A stretch of DNA of 64,000 bases from Octopus sinensis. Its lineage: Eukaryota. The position numbers and the translations under genes are program-made. The first letter of the stretch is position 1. The number at the start of each line of letters is the position of its first letter. Under the pieces are notes generated by a model, which worked only from the letters and a program-made list of their open reading frames with translations, made no database searches and was not told where the DNA came from. Positions 26,427-39,315 of this stretch are shown here, piece by piece. The stretch spans positions 14,632,001 to 14,696,000 of the forward strand of contig NC_043020.1 of NCBI RefSeq assembly GCF_006345805.1, given 5' to 3'.

Positions 26427-27959
26427 CAACAGGCTTCTTTTCAGTTTCCGTCTACCAGATCCACTCACAAGGCGTTGGTCGGCCCGGGGCTATAGCAGAA
26501 GACACTTGCCCAAGATGCCACGCAGTGGGACTGAACCTGGGACCATGTGGTTGGTTAGCAAGCTACTTACTACACAGCCACTCCTGCGCCTACTTGGATG
26601 GTTGACTTAATCTCTCTCCCAGTTTTCTGCCACCACCCAATCTTTGGGTGCCTTTAGCAGAGTCCATTCTGATGCAAGTATTGAGGTAAAATTTCCAGTT
26701 AAAGATATTTGCCTCCTTCCTGCCAATCTTGTAGGTTCTATAAAAGGTTATGAGTACTACTCATCCCTCTTGACTAAGCAATAGACAAAGAACCTCTCTT
26801 TGACTCAACCTGTTTGCTCTGTTAACTGGTTCCATTTCTATTTCATGATTAATATTGGTTTCAAATTTTGGCACAAGGCCAGTAATTTCAAGGAAGGGAG
26901 TTAGTCAAATGCATCAACCCTAGTGCTTAACTGGTACTTATTTTATTTATTTATCTATTGCCCACAGAGGCCTAAACATAGAGGGGACAAGCAAGGACAA
27001 ACAAAGGGATTAAGTCGATTAGATCGACCCCAGTGCATAACTGGTACTTATTTAATCAACCCCGAAAGGATGAAAGGCAAAGTCGACCTTGGCAGAACTT
27101 GAACTCAGAACATAATGGCAGACAAATTACTGTTAAGCATTTTGCCCGGCGTGCTAACAATTCTGCCACCCTTCTGGTACTTGTTTTATTGGTCCTGAAA
27201 GGATGAAAGGCAAAATCGACTGCAGTAGAATTTGAACTCAGAGCATAAAGATGGACAAAATATTACTAAGCATTTTGCCAACTTGCTGCCTTTATTTCAT
27301 GGTTAACATTAACCCTTCCATTACTGTATTTCTGTTGAGATGCTCTGCATTTCTTTCAATTACTTTAAATATAACAAAGAATTTAGTAAAATAACTTAGT
27401 TATTATTCAGCTAGTGTTAGGAACATAAATTATAACTAAGGTTTGGTGGAAGATTCTAATTCGAAACTTATGAAAACAAGACATTTGTACTACAGAGTCA
27501 GAGGTGGTTTCAGGTGGGTTGGTATCAAAAGGGTTAAGACAGGAAGAACTAGCAGTGGCCCAAGTGTCTTCATACTTATGTATCATTCATTTTTACATCT
27601 GTTTTAACCCTTTTGCTACCGTATTTATTTTGAGAGACTCTGTGTTTCTTTCAATTACTTTTAAATATAACAAAGAATTTAGTAAAATAACTTAGTTATT
27701 ATTCAGCTAGTGTTAGGAACATAAATTATAACTAAGGTTTGGTGGAATATTCTAATTCGAAACTTATGAAAACAAGACATTTGTACTCAGAGCTAGAGCT
27801 GGTTTCAGCCGGGTTGGTAACAAAAGGATTAACAAGAATTTTATGCTAAAAAGGCAACTTTACATTACTCATGTTAATTGGATTAAAACTATTAATTATA
27901 ACACAAGTAATACTGTTTTATCTTCTGGTTGGTGTACTTTTGTATTATCTTTTATATAT

Positions 27960-28327
27960 TTTTATATATAAAAGAGAAGTTGTGTGTCTGTCTCCTACGA
28001 TTTAGATTCCTAACTACTCCCACATTTTGAATCAGTCGTGATTCATATCGAGCCCTTCTGGGTATTAGCACGCGTCTACAATGAGTCTACGATTTAAAAA
28101 AAAATTTACCATCATTTTTTTCCATTTTAATGCATTTTTCGCTATTATATAAAGGAAGTAACTCTCTAAAAATGTCTACAATGAGTCAACGATTTAAAAA
28201 AAAATTTACCATCATTTGTTTTCCACTTTTAATGCATTTTTTTGCTATTTTTTGGCTATAACTCTCTAAAAATGCTTATATAGTTATTTCCCTTACAAAC
28301 CCGAGCAACGCCGGGCGATACTGCTAG
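27960..28327 (+). mobile_element. Non-autonomous Helitron
   Basis: 5' tatatataaaa...gtgtgtctgtct; 3' GC hairpin cccg-agcaacgc-cggg followed by CTAG|T; internal ~100-bp duplication. Confidence 0.7.
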
Positions 28328-28433
28328 TTTCTTATAAACAATCATCATTATCATTTAACATGTTTTCCATGCTTGACGCGGGTTGAACCAATTTGTTACA
28401 AAACAGCATCTTTGTAAATTCTCTCTTTTCAAG

Positions 28434-28591
28434 ACCATCCTTATTTGATGCCGTAGTCTTTGGTTACTTGGCTCCTATGATGAAAGCTCCACTGAGCAGC
28501 AATCAATTGCAGAACCATTTGCTTGCGTGTACAAAACTGACAGATTTTTGCAAGCGAATCTTACATGATTATTTTCCTCAGAGCCTTCAAG
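28434..28591 (+). CDS. MTX1: Metaxin exon 7 (PSLFDAVVFGYLAPMMKAPLSSNQLQNHLLACTKLTDFCKRILHDYFPQSLQ)
   Basis: ttttcaAG acceptor completing AG|A = R, GTGAGA donor; GST-C-like DA.VF.YLA...L..HL....L..FC..IL..YFP motif. Confidence 0.95.
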
Positions 28592-31111
28592 GTGAGATTA
28601 TTTTCCTTAACCTTTTTTTGTTTCATTTAACTTCTAAAAATCGTAAATCCCAGACCTCCCCTCCACCAATCATCATCATCATCATCATCGTTTAGCGTCC
28701 GCTTTCCATGCTGGCATGAGTTGGAGGGTTCAACTGGGGTCTGGGAAGCCAGGAGGCTGCACCAGGCCCAGTCTGATCTGGCAATGTTTTTACGGCTGGA
28801 TGCCCTTCCTAACGCCAACCACTCCATGAGTGTAGTGGGTGGTTTTTACGTGCCACTGGCACAGGTGCCAGGCGAGGCTGGCAAACGGCCACGATGGGAT
28901 GGTGCTTTTTATGTGCCACCGGCACAGATCTTCATCTTAAATGACTTTCAGGAGCCACATTGTCTTTTAGTCTTCTTAGTTTTATGATCCCATTCTCACA
29001 TCTTGGATGTTTTACTGGAATATTAAAACCAATCCCAGTGCTTGGTTCATATTTTATTTTATCAATCGCAATCAGATGAAAGATGAAGTTGGCTGATGGG
29101 GTTCAAACTCAGAACTTAATAATAATAATAATAATGAAATTATTGTATACAGTGCTCAGGTGCACCACAACTTGTCAGAAAGTGCATATAAAGTACATGC
29201 AGTAATGTAGAAATGTCTGGAAAGTGAACATGCTTGTGTGTGTATGGAGGGGAGAAAATCAAGTGTAGTAATGGCGAATCTCAGGAAGCATGGAAGTTTT
29301 GAAGGATGCCGTGCTCCGACAACTAACAACCGATGCCGGCAGTTTGTTCCACGCTTCAGCAACTCTCAGCGTGAAAAAATGTTTCCTGAAGTCATGGGAG
29401 CTGTGCTGTTTTCTTACTTTGTAAATATGTCCACGGGTGTTAGATGGGTGGAGTTTGAAGATTTAACTAGATTTAACTAGATACTGCATGCATTTTGTCC
29501 AATGCTTGCCAATTTTGTCAGTACTTACCTGATGTACTTCACAGGGGAGACAAATTGTATCATTCAGGCATATATGCTTATGAAACATTTAAAATATTAA
29601 TTTCTTACATAAGCAAAAAGCCCCCAGTAATTGTATTACAAATACTTTATAATTTAAACAGTAATCACTTAGATTGAGATATGAATTATCACATAGGTGT
29701 CTTATAAAAAAAATGAGATTTATATTTCCAAATTTTTGGTCAGTTAATCTATCAGTTTGAAGGCAATAGGAGCTCTTCAGAATTGCACACCCTTGTCTAG
29801 TAACTTTCCAAGCAGTAGTCTAGCATTATTCTTTTCTACTCTAGGCACAAGGCCCGAAATTTTTGGAGATGGGGCCAGTCGATTGGATCGACCTCAGTAC
29901 GCAACTAGTACTTAATTTATCGACCCCCAAAAGGATGAAAGGCAAAGTCGACCTCAGCAGAAATTGAACTCAGAACGTAAAGACAGACGAAGTACCACTA
30001 AGCATTTCGCCCGGCGTGCTAATGTTTCTTATTTCTTTATTGCCCACAAGGGGCTAAACATAGAGGGGACAAACAAGGACAGAAATAGGTATTAAGCCGA
30101 TTACATCGACCCCAGTGCGTAACTGGTACTTAATTTATCGACCCTGAAAGGATGAAAGGCAAAGTCGACCTCAGCAGAAATTGAACTCAGAACATAAAGA
30201 CAGACAAAGTACCACTAAGCATTTCGCCCGGCATGCTAATGTTTCTGCCAGTTCGCCGCCTTGGTAGTTTAGCAGTATTAATAAACAAACTATAAAGTAT
30301 AAGATTCTCAACATCAAAGCAAATGATTAGTTACAGAGTTCGATTTGGTGATGAGAGGTGAGAGACGAGGGGAAATAGTTACCGTCTCTCTTTTTCGGAG
30401 AGGCACTGAGCACCTACACGCACACATACACACACGGCAGTAACTTCCACCTACTGAATTCAATCACAAAGCTTCGGTCGGTTCGGGGCTATAGTAGAAG
30501 AGACCTGCCCAAAGTGCCATGCAGTGGGACTGAACCCGGAACCATGTAGCTAGGAAGAAAGCTCCCTAACCACACAGCCATGCCCATATATATATATATA
30601 TCTACAGATATAGATATAATCGTCGCTAAATGCAACTAGGGTGCCTAGACACCTATATTGCTAAACATAGAAGTAAAATACTCCTTGTGTTGTAGGAAGA
30701 ATGTAAATGTATATACATATGCTGACTGGGGAAGAAATTTCCCCATGACCAAATTTGAGAACCTCTGAGACTAAATGTTTAGTTTTGTGTATTTCCATAT
30801 GTTTCATCAGTGAGAGCTGCTCAGTTGCCTGGTGTTGGCTAATGCTCATGCACATTCTTACATATACACATATACACACACAACAGGATTCTTCACAGTT
30901 TCCACCTTCCAATTACATTCAGAAGGCATTGGTCAGCTGAAGGCTGATAGAAGGCTTTCACCGAAAGTGCAAAGCAAAGTTCTTAACACACAGTCATGTC
31001 TGCACCAAACACACACACACACACTCACACATGCATGCACACACAAACACCCCACCCACATTGCACACATCTGTATATTTACAGACTATGATACTGTAAC
31101 AATAATAAATC

Positions 31112-31719
31112 TCTGAACGAGGTATAAACAGTAACTGCACAACAATGTGAGGTATATTTGCCATCTCAATATGGCTAACCACTAAGGGTGGGTGTTACTG
31201 TAGCTTGTAGTCCCAGGAGAGCATTGTCTCCAAGCCCCAGGAGAGCATCGTCTCCAAGCCCCAGGAGAGCATCGTCTCCAAGTCCCAGGAGAGCATCGTT
31301 TCCAAGCCCCAGGAGAGCATTGTCTCCAAGCCCCAGGAGAGCATCATCTCCAAGCCCCAGGAGAGCATCGTCTCCAAGCCCCAGGAGAGCATTGTCTCCA
31401 AGTCCCAGGAGACCATCGTCTCCAAGCCCCAGGAGAGCATCGTCTCCAAGCCCCAGGAGAGCATCGTCTCCAAGCCCCAGGAGAGCATCGTCTCCAAGTC
31501 CCAGGAGAGCATCGTCTCCAAGCCCCAGGAGAGCATCGTCTCCAAGCCCCAGGAGAGCATCGTCTCCAAGCCCCAGGAGAGCATCGTCTCCAAGCCCCAG
31601 GAGAGCATCGTCTCCAGCTGGCTTTAGCCAGCTAGAGACGATGCTCTCCTGGGGCTACAAGCTACAGTAACACCCACCCTTAGTGGTTAGCCATATTGAG
31701 ATGGCAAATATACCTCACA
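31112..31719. repeat. Fold-back insertion with 17 x 24-bp tandem units in one arm
   Basis: Unit AGCCCCAGGAGAGCATCGTCTCCA 31209-31616; hairpin axis at 31624-31625; the arm starting 31146 mirrors 31626-31719; 22-bp flanking direct repeats (20/22 identical). Confidence 0.9.
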
Positions 31720-31849
31720 GATACTGTAACAATTATCAATCAATGACAGATGTACAAAACGTTTCTTGTTTTGATTGAAATGTAATTAAATTGTTTCTTC
31801 TTCCCCCTTTTATTTATTAATATTTTTTTGTTTTTTTTTGGCATCACAG

Positions 31850-32100
31850 AAAATGAAAGTACGAGTAGGAATACAAGTAGTTTAAGTGAAGACAACCCCA
31901 ACAAGTTACGGAACATGGTGTTAGCAGGAATATTTGCTATTACTGCAATGGTTGGTTATGCTTTTGCTATTGGTCTCATCCAGCTTGAATTCACTGATCA
32001 TGAAGAACCAGAAGAAATTACCAATGTTAAATCAGAGAGCAAACAGGAATCGTATGACCAATTTGAGCCGTTTTTTGAAGATGCTGATGAACAAGAATAA
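31850..32100 (+). CDS. MTX1: Metaxin exon 8: C-terminal transmembrane anchor (MVLAGIFAITAMVGYAFAIGLIQL) and acidic tail, TAA stop
   Basis: Long T tract + cAG acceptor, phase 1 match; AMVGYA...G motif of the MTX1 outer-mitochondrial-membrane anchor; spliced CDS totals 984 nt. Confidence 0.93.
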
Positions 32101-32214
32101 TTTATCCCAGAGAAAGAACTATTTTGATTTGTTGCTTGTAGATTCAGAATAGTTATCATAAGGCTGTATACATATACATATGTATATGTATGTATACACA
32201 CCACACACACACAC

Positions 32215-32245
<31 letters not shown>

Positions 32246-32394
32246 TATATATATATATATATATATAATGTGAAATAGAAGATGAATAATCTTGTAGCAG
32301 ATTAATCAAAAGTTTAACCGATACCTTGGTAGCAAAAATCACAGCAGAAAACATTTCTGTTCAATCTTCGTTCAGCTCCATTTCTTCAATTCAC

Positions 32395-32442
<48 letters not shown>

Positions 32443-32446
32443 ATAT

Positions 32447-32779
32447 ACCGGAGTAAACACATAAATGTGAAACAAGGTGGAAAAAAGAGTACTCAAATAC
32501 CAGGGGTAGAGTAATATCCTTTATTTCAAAGCAGTAGAAATTCAACAAAACCTGTTACTCTGAGTTACACATTACCGTTCGTCGGACAGTTTTTGTTAAA
32601 AAGATAAAAAAGTTTTTTTTAACAAAAACTGTCCAACGAACGGGAACGTTAAACTCAGAGTAACGTTGGACAGTTTTTGTTAAAAAAAAAAATATTTTTT
32701 AAAAAAAACTGTCCGACAAACGGGAATGTGAAACTCAGAGTAACAGGTTTTGTCGAATTTCTGCTGCTTTGAAATAAAG
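32447..32779. mobile_element. (TA)n-embedded fold-back element with three hammerhead-like copies (family H3)
   Basis: Copies at 32552-32589 (-), 32629-32664 (+), 32709-32746 (+); consensus ctgt CCGACGA acg-ggaa-cgt GAAA ctc-a-gag TA acag. Confidence 0.7.
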
Positions 32780-32811
<32 letters not shown>

Positions 32812-32814
<3 letters not shown>

Positions 32815-33112
32815 AAATTAGAGATAAAACCACTATTAGGCAAATGAAACAATGAAAAACTTAAGCCAATACATAAAATTAATTAATTTATATTATTTTA
32901 AATATATATCAAAAGTATTAAAAGTTTAATAAAAGATAATGAGTAAAACACTATTAATTTTTTGTATTGGCTTAAGTTTTTCATTGTATGATTTGCCTAA
33001 TAGTGGTTTTATCTCTAATTTAATATAATATAATATTTTACTATAAAATTGGATTCAATCCTAAATCTGATTTTTCCCTGTAAGTTTGGATTTATTCCCT
33101 AATATTTTATTA
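32812..33112 (+). mobile_element. (TA)n-embedded fold-back element (aaattagagataaaaccactatta... family); related copies at ~41498-41748 and ~54855-54920
   Basis: ~32815-32880 is the reverse complement of ~32955-33021; unpaired tail ...ccctgtaagtttgga...ccctaat shared with the 41.7-kb copy. Confidence 0.65.
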
Positions 33113-33114
33113 TT

Positions 33115-33176
<62 letters not shown>

Positions 33177-36100
33177 GATTTATTCATATTCTTACTTATA
33201 CTCACTATTCTTTCAGCAAAGCAAATGTCCAGTGAATTAATTTTTCTCATTTTCTTTGTTCATTTCATCATCCAACATCTGTTTTCCCATTCTGGTATAG
33301 GCTTGAACAGGAGATATTTCAGGTACCATTTTACAGACAGATGCTCTTCCTGTTGCCAAACCTCATTCCTGCTTATGAAATCCCATTTCCTCATCACTCA
33401 ACTCTCTTTCATTTCGATGCTAATGAATAATGCTTAATGAATACTCTCTTTGCTGAAACACGTAAGAATATTAATAAATTCAGATTTATAATCCTTTTTT
33501 GTTCAACATTGTGTTCTTTTAACATTGTTGAATAATACCAATACCTGATCAAAATGTTCCACATATCTATCGATCTATCGACATGTATATTATGAAGTTA
33601 TATAAGTGTGTGGGCGTGTAATAAAGCTGTTTGATACATATGTGATAAAGTTATGTGACAAAACTATACTTTTGCTTTGATTTATTTATTTGATACAACT
33701 AATACACATGTATATATGTTTATGAATATTTATGTACATACACTCTCGGAGTGGTTAGCGTTAGGAAGGGCACCCAGCTGTAGAAACATTGCCAGATCAG
33801 ATTGGAGCCTGGTGCAGCCATCTGGCTCGCCAGTCCTCAGTCAAATCGTCCAACCCATGCTAGCATGGAAAGCGGACGTTAAACGATGATGATGATGATG
33901 ATGATGATACACACACACACACACAGAGGAAGCTGAATTTACTGTAGGAGATTACAAAGAACTACTAAAATTGACCCGTCACGGTCCTGCAAAAGACTTA
34001 CCAACTGGTGTAAACATAGCAAAATAGTCGTCAAATTATCTCCCTTTAAAAACTCTACCAATTCATTTGTGTAGCCTGGCAAAAGTAAAGACATATCATC
34101 ATCATCATCATCGTTTAACATCTGCTTTCCATGCTAGCATGGGTTGGACGATTTGACTGAGGACTGGTGAACCAGATGGCTGCACCAGGCTCCAATCTTG
34201 ATCTGGCAGAGTTTCTGCAGCTGGATGCCCTTCCTAAAGCCAACCACTCCGAGAGTGTAGTGGGTGCTTTCACGTGCCGCTGGCATGAGGGCCAGTCAGG
34301 CAGTACTGGCAACAGCCACGCTCAAATGGTGCTTTTTTATGTGCCACCTGCACAGGTGCCAGTCCAGCGGCACTGGCAACGACCTCGCTCGAACGTTTTT
34401 TCATGTGCCACCAGCACAAGTGCTAGTAAAGTGACGCAGGTAATGATAACACTCAAATGGTGCTTTTAACGTGCCATCGGCACGGAGGCCAGCTTGTTGC
34501 TCTGGCACAAAACACCCATAATGCTATAAACGAGGAAGCAGAATGGAACGTTCAACCCTTCAGCATTCAAATTACTGTCAAACGCAATGCTTATTTATTC
34601 ACATTATTTTCAATTAATCATGCATTATCTCATAGCTTTGAGATTTCAATGATGTGAGCATTTATTTTTGAGAGTGACCTTGTAGGATAGGTGCGAAAGG
34701 CTGGATCTAGTCAGTTTGAACATAAAACCGAAGGAATATTAGAGGCTGGTTTAAATGTTAAAGGATTAAACCTGCACAGGCCTTACCTCTTTCTTAAGGA
34801 CCATAAAGATAATCTCATGAGGAACTCTAAATGTAGATTAATTAATCCCTATGAAGTGAAGGCAGATGGCTCAGTGGTTAGAGCATCGAGCTTATGATCG
34901 TGAGGTTGTGAGCTCGAATCCTGGACCGGGCTGCGTGTTGTGTTCTTGAGCAAGACACTTTATTCCATGTTGCTGCAGTTCACTCATCTGTAGAAATGAG
35001 TTGTGACATCACTGATGCCAAGCTGTATCGGCCGTTGCCTTTCCCTTGAATAACATTGGAGGTAGACGGAAACTGAAAGAAGCCCGTCGTATATATGTAT
35101 GTGTGTGTATATGTTTGTCCCCCCCAACATTGCTTGACAACCGATGCTGGTGTGTTTACGTCCCCATAACTTAGTGGTTCAGCATAAGAGACCGATAGAA
35201 TAAGTACTGGGCTTACAAAAAATAAGTCTTGGGGTTGATTTGCTCGACTAAAAGGCGGTGTTCCAGCATGGCCACTATCAAATGACTGAAACAAGTAAAA
35301 GAATAAAAAAGTAAACAAAGCTAGCTGTTTCTTGCATTAAATACATCTAAATCAAAATTTTGTTATGGGCCTCTAAAATACTACCATGGACCTCCAGGGG
35401 TCATATGGAACCCAGTCGAGAAATTGATTTAGAGCATGGATTATTTTTGGAATGTAACTTTCGCGATGGCAGCACTTCAAAACGCAATGGATACTTAATT
35501 TCAAAATAACTATCTGCTGACTTGCTTACTGTGCAGATTTTCTTCAGGTCTGGCAATATTCGTTGTGCCTTTTCTTGCTTTGTGGAGTTCACTGATGGCC
35601 ATGGTCTTCTGGAAGATTTCCTGTGGACATTCTGAACTGTTCCTTCTACTTCAGACTTATCTCTAATTTGAGTGGTGGTAAGTTGCAAAAAGGCGGCGAG
35701 CTGGCAGAAACGTGAGCACGCCGGGCGAAATGCATAGCTGTATTTCGTCTGCCGTTATGTTCTGAGTTCAAATTCCGCCAAGGTCGACTTTGCCTTTTAT
35801 CCTTTTGGGTTCGATTAAATAAGTACCAGTTACACACTGGGGTCGATATAATTGACTTAATCCATTTTTCTGTCTTTGTTTGTCCTCTCTGTGTTTAGCC
35901 CCTTGTGGGTAGTAAAGAAATAGGTAAGTTGCAAAAGCAGATCTGTTTGAAACTCCTTCTGGGACTGACTTTGCTCTTTGACTGCATTTTCAAAGTTCCG
36001 ATACCATTTTAGGAAAAATTTCCTCTGTTCAAAGTTTAGTCTGGCTCCTTACATTATTTTAATGGGTTAAATCAAAAAGAAAAGAAAGTTAATTGATTTA

Positions 36101-36264
36101 TCAGTTATCAGCTGTTAACTTTTTTGGAACAACCTGTGTGTGCATGTGTGTGTGTATATATATTTATGAGTAAATATAAGAGTGATGGTACTATTAAAAT
36201 ACCCTCACTAGTGGGATGTGAATACTAGCTGTACAGGCAATATAAGATATGTACATATATATAT

Positions 36265-36535
36265 ATAATTATAATAATAAGGGTTTTTTGCAACAAGTTG
36301 CTTAACCACATACCGAAAATTTTAGAAATAGCAGCCAAAAGAAGGATATAGTAGTCTTTTGGCTGCTATTTCTAAAATTTTCGGTATGTGGTTAAGCAAC
36401 TTCTTGCAAAAAACCCTTATTATTATAATTATATAATTTTTTACCGAATATGGTCCTTTTACCATACTGAAATACTACTAGGTGAAATTTGTTGATTTTA
36501 TTAAATTAATTATATTTCACTCTATATCTGTAATG
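36265..36535 (+). mobile_element. (TA)n-embedded fold-back element, same family as 10501-10695 and 11030-11365
   Basis: 36265-36340 mirrors 36357-36435; shared tail ccgaatatggtcctttt...aggtgaaatttgttgattttattaaattaatta. Confidence 0.65.
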
Positions 36536-36659
36536 ACTATATATATATATATATATATATATCATCATCATCATCATCATCGTTTAGCGTCCGCTTTCCA
36601 TGCTAGCATGGGTTGGACGGGTCAACTGGGGTCTGTGAAGCTGGAAGGCTTCGTCAGGC

Positions 36660-36694
<35 letters not shown>

Positions 36695-37805
36695 GAGGGT
36701 GCTACATGAGTACGTGTATCGCTAAATATAGAAGTCAAAAATACTTCTGTGCCATGGAAAGTCTCAAATCTAATACAGGTAAGGCATGGTAGGAAAAAAA
36801 TTCCAGTGACCAATAAAGTCGTCTTACCTTTGCTAGGTGAGCACAAGTAATGCTGGTCAATCTGATACCATGGTTTTGAAATTAGGACCAAAAAGGTGTC
36901 AGTTTCTCCTCAGACAGAATCTGCCAGCTGACTACTACTAAAATTTACCCCCCCCCCATGCCTGCAAAATTCGTTTGAAGTGATCAAACACTATTTAAAG
37001 AAATGAAATACGTGAAATTATTTATAAGTAGTTATATAAGAGTGATAGTACTATTAAAGGAACGCCACTAGTGGCAAGCGAATACCAGACTGAAGAGGCA
37101 AATTAACAAAATATATACATACAATATAAGATATGTATTCATATATATATATATATATATAATATATATATATATACACACACACACATACACAAGGGTA
37201 CTACATGAGTACCTGCATCGCTAAAAACAGAAGTCAATAATACTTCTGTGCCATGGAACAGATTAGGAAGGGCATCCAGCTGTAGAAACATGGCCAGATT
37301 AGACTGAAGCCTGGTGCAGCCTTCTGGCTTCCCAGAACCCCGGTCGAACCGTCCAACCCATGCTAGCATGGAGAACGGACGTTAAACGATGATGATGATG
37401 ATATATATATATATTAGAAGAAATGAGGTAATCAGAAGATCGGATGGTTCATATTTATTTATATATTACATTTTTTACATATATATATCATATCATTCAG
37501 ATCATTAGCGCTTTCTCCCATTCTAGTGGGGTTTTCAAATCAAAATAATCAAAATAATATATATATATATATATACAAAATAAGAAAATGGAGAAATACA
37601 CCTTAAGATGTATTTCTCCATTTCCTTATTTTGTATTATTAATTTGTGGTAAAACATTTTACCTTTGCCCATATAATACAGTAAATGAATTAATTGCATT
37701 GCAATTCTTAACATTTATGTATTAACTTTGTTGGATGCTTTACTGGCAGTATATTGGATATATGTTATCCCATGGTGGGTTGCACTCACAACCCCTATCT
37801 CAATT

Positions 37806-37848
<43 letters not shown>

Positions 37849-38342
37849 TTTCTTTTACTTGTTTCAGTCATTTGACTGCAGCCATATTGGGGCACCACCT
37901 TGAATGGTTTTAGTTGAATAAATTAACCCCAGAACTGATTGTTTTTTAAAGCCTGGTACTTATGCTATTGGTCTCTTTTTGCTAAACTGTTAAGTTAAGG
38001 GAATGTAAAAACACCTACACTGGTTGTTAAGCAGCGGAGAGGGACAAACACAGACATAAAGACACACACACACACATGAAGGGTTTCTTTCAGTTTCTGT
38101 CTACTAAATCGACTCACAAGGCCTTGGTTGCCTGAGGCTATAGTGTAAGACACTTGCCCAAGGTGCCACACAGTGGGATTGAACCTGGAACCATGTGGTT
38201 GGGAAGCAAGCTTTTTGCCACACCTGCTCCTATATATACATATGCACACACACACACACACACACGTACATATATATAGATCGTTAGCTCCTACAGTCAT
38301 TTTTTTCTCTTCTTGTTTCTCTCCTTGTTTCTTTTCAGTGTA

Positions 38343-38380
38343 TCTTTCTGTCGAAGAGCGTAGGCTCGAAATGTAAAAGA
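38343..38380 (+). ncRNA. Minimal hammerhead-like motif with CUGUCGA core (family H4)
   Basis: tcttt CTGTCGA a gagc-gtag-gctc GAAA tg TA aaaga; in a (TA)n-flanked element (~38300-38480) homologous to 62700-62880. Confidence 0.55.
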
Positions 38381-39267
38381 CTTGTTTTATTTCTATTCCT
38401 GAGCGCCATACTAATACATTTGTTTGCTTGTACTCCACCTGCCTTCATCTTTTGTTTATTTTCGTAAACCTTCCCGTTATATATATATGTATATTGATAA
38501 ATAGATAGAGGATATCTGTTCTAAGCATAAACATTAATATACTCAATACATTATTGTGTGTAGAATATGTTGTGTGTGTATTTAACCAATATTTAGTTGC
38601 GTTTCATGTTCAAATCCTACTGGAGGTGGTGAGTGGATGTTGTCATTATTCCTGCATTGGTAAAATAAGAACCAGTCAAGTCCTGCAGTTTGAGATATTC
38701 AAGTATAACAACTAAAAGCAAACACAATGAGGTAGTAGGAGCACTCCGTCGGTTATGACGATGAGGGTCCCAGCTGATACGATCAACAGAACAGCTTGCT
38801 CGTGGAATTAACGTGCAAGTGGCTGAGCATTCCACAGACATGTGTACCCTTAACGTAGTTCTCGAGGAGATTCAGCATGACACAGAGTGTGACAAGGATG
38901 GCCCTTTGAAATACAGGTACAACAGAAACAGGAAGAAAGTTGTGGTGAAAGAGTACAGCAGGGTTCACCACCACCCCCTGCAGGAGCCTTGTGAAGCTTT
39001 AGGTGTTTTCGCTCAATAAACACTCACAATGCCCGGTCTGGGAATCGAAACCGTGATCCTACGACCGCGAGTCCGCTGCCCTAACCACTGGGCCATTGCG
39101 CCTCCACACAATGAGGTAGATGCTCTCTGTCAGTGAGCAAACCAGATTATAATAGAAATATCACAAGACCAAGGTGTAAGTCATTGAGAGACATGTCTAA
39201 ACCATGTCAGTATAGAGAAACAGATGTTGAGAAATGATGATGATCATCATCATCATATGTGATGGTC

Positions 39268-39315
<48 letters not shown>

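Noticed and set aside
31209-31616. CRISPR-like regular array
   Set aside because: Units are contiguous with no unique spacers; eukaryotic context and no cas genes
31188-31670. (SPRRASSP)17 ORF resembling protamine-like or hepadnaviral core SPRR repeats
   Set aside because: No ATG, intronic, and simply the translation of a 24-bp tandem repeat inside a fold-back insertion; open frames on both strands are expected for such a repeat
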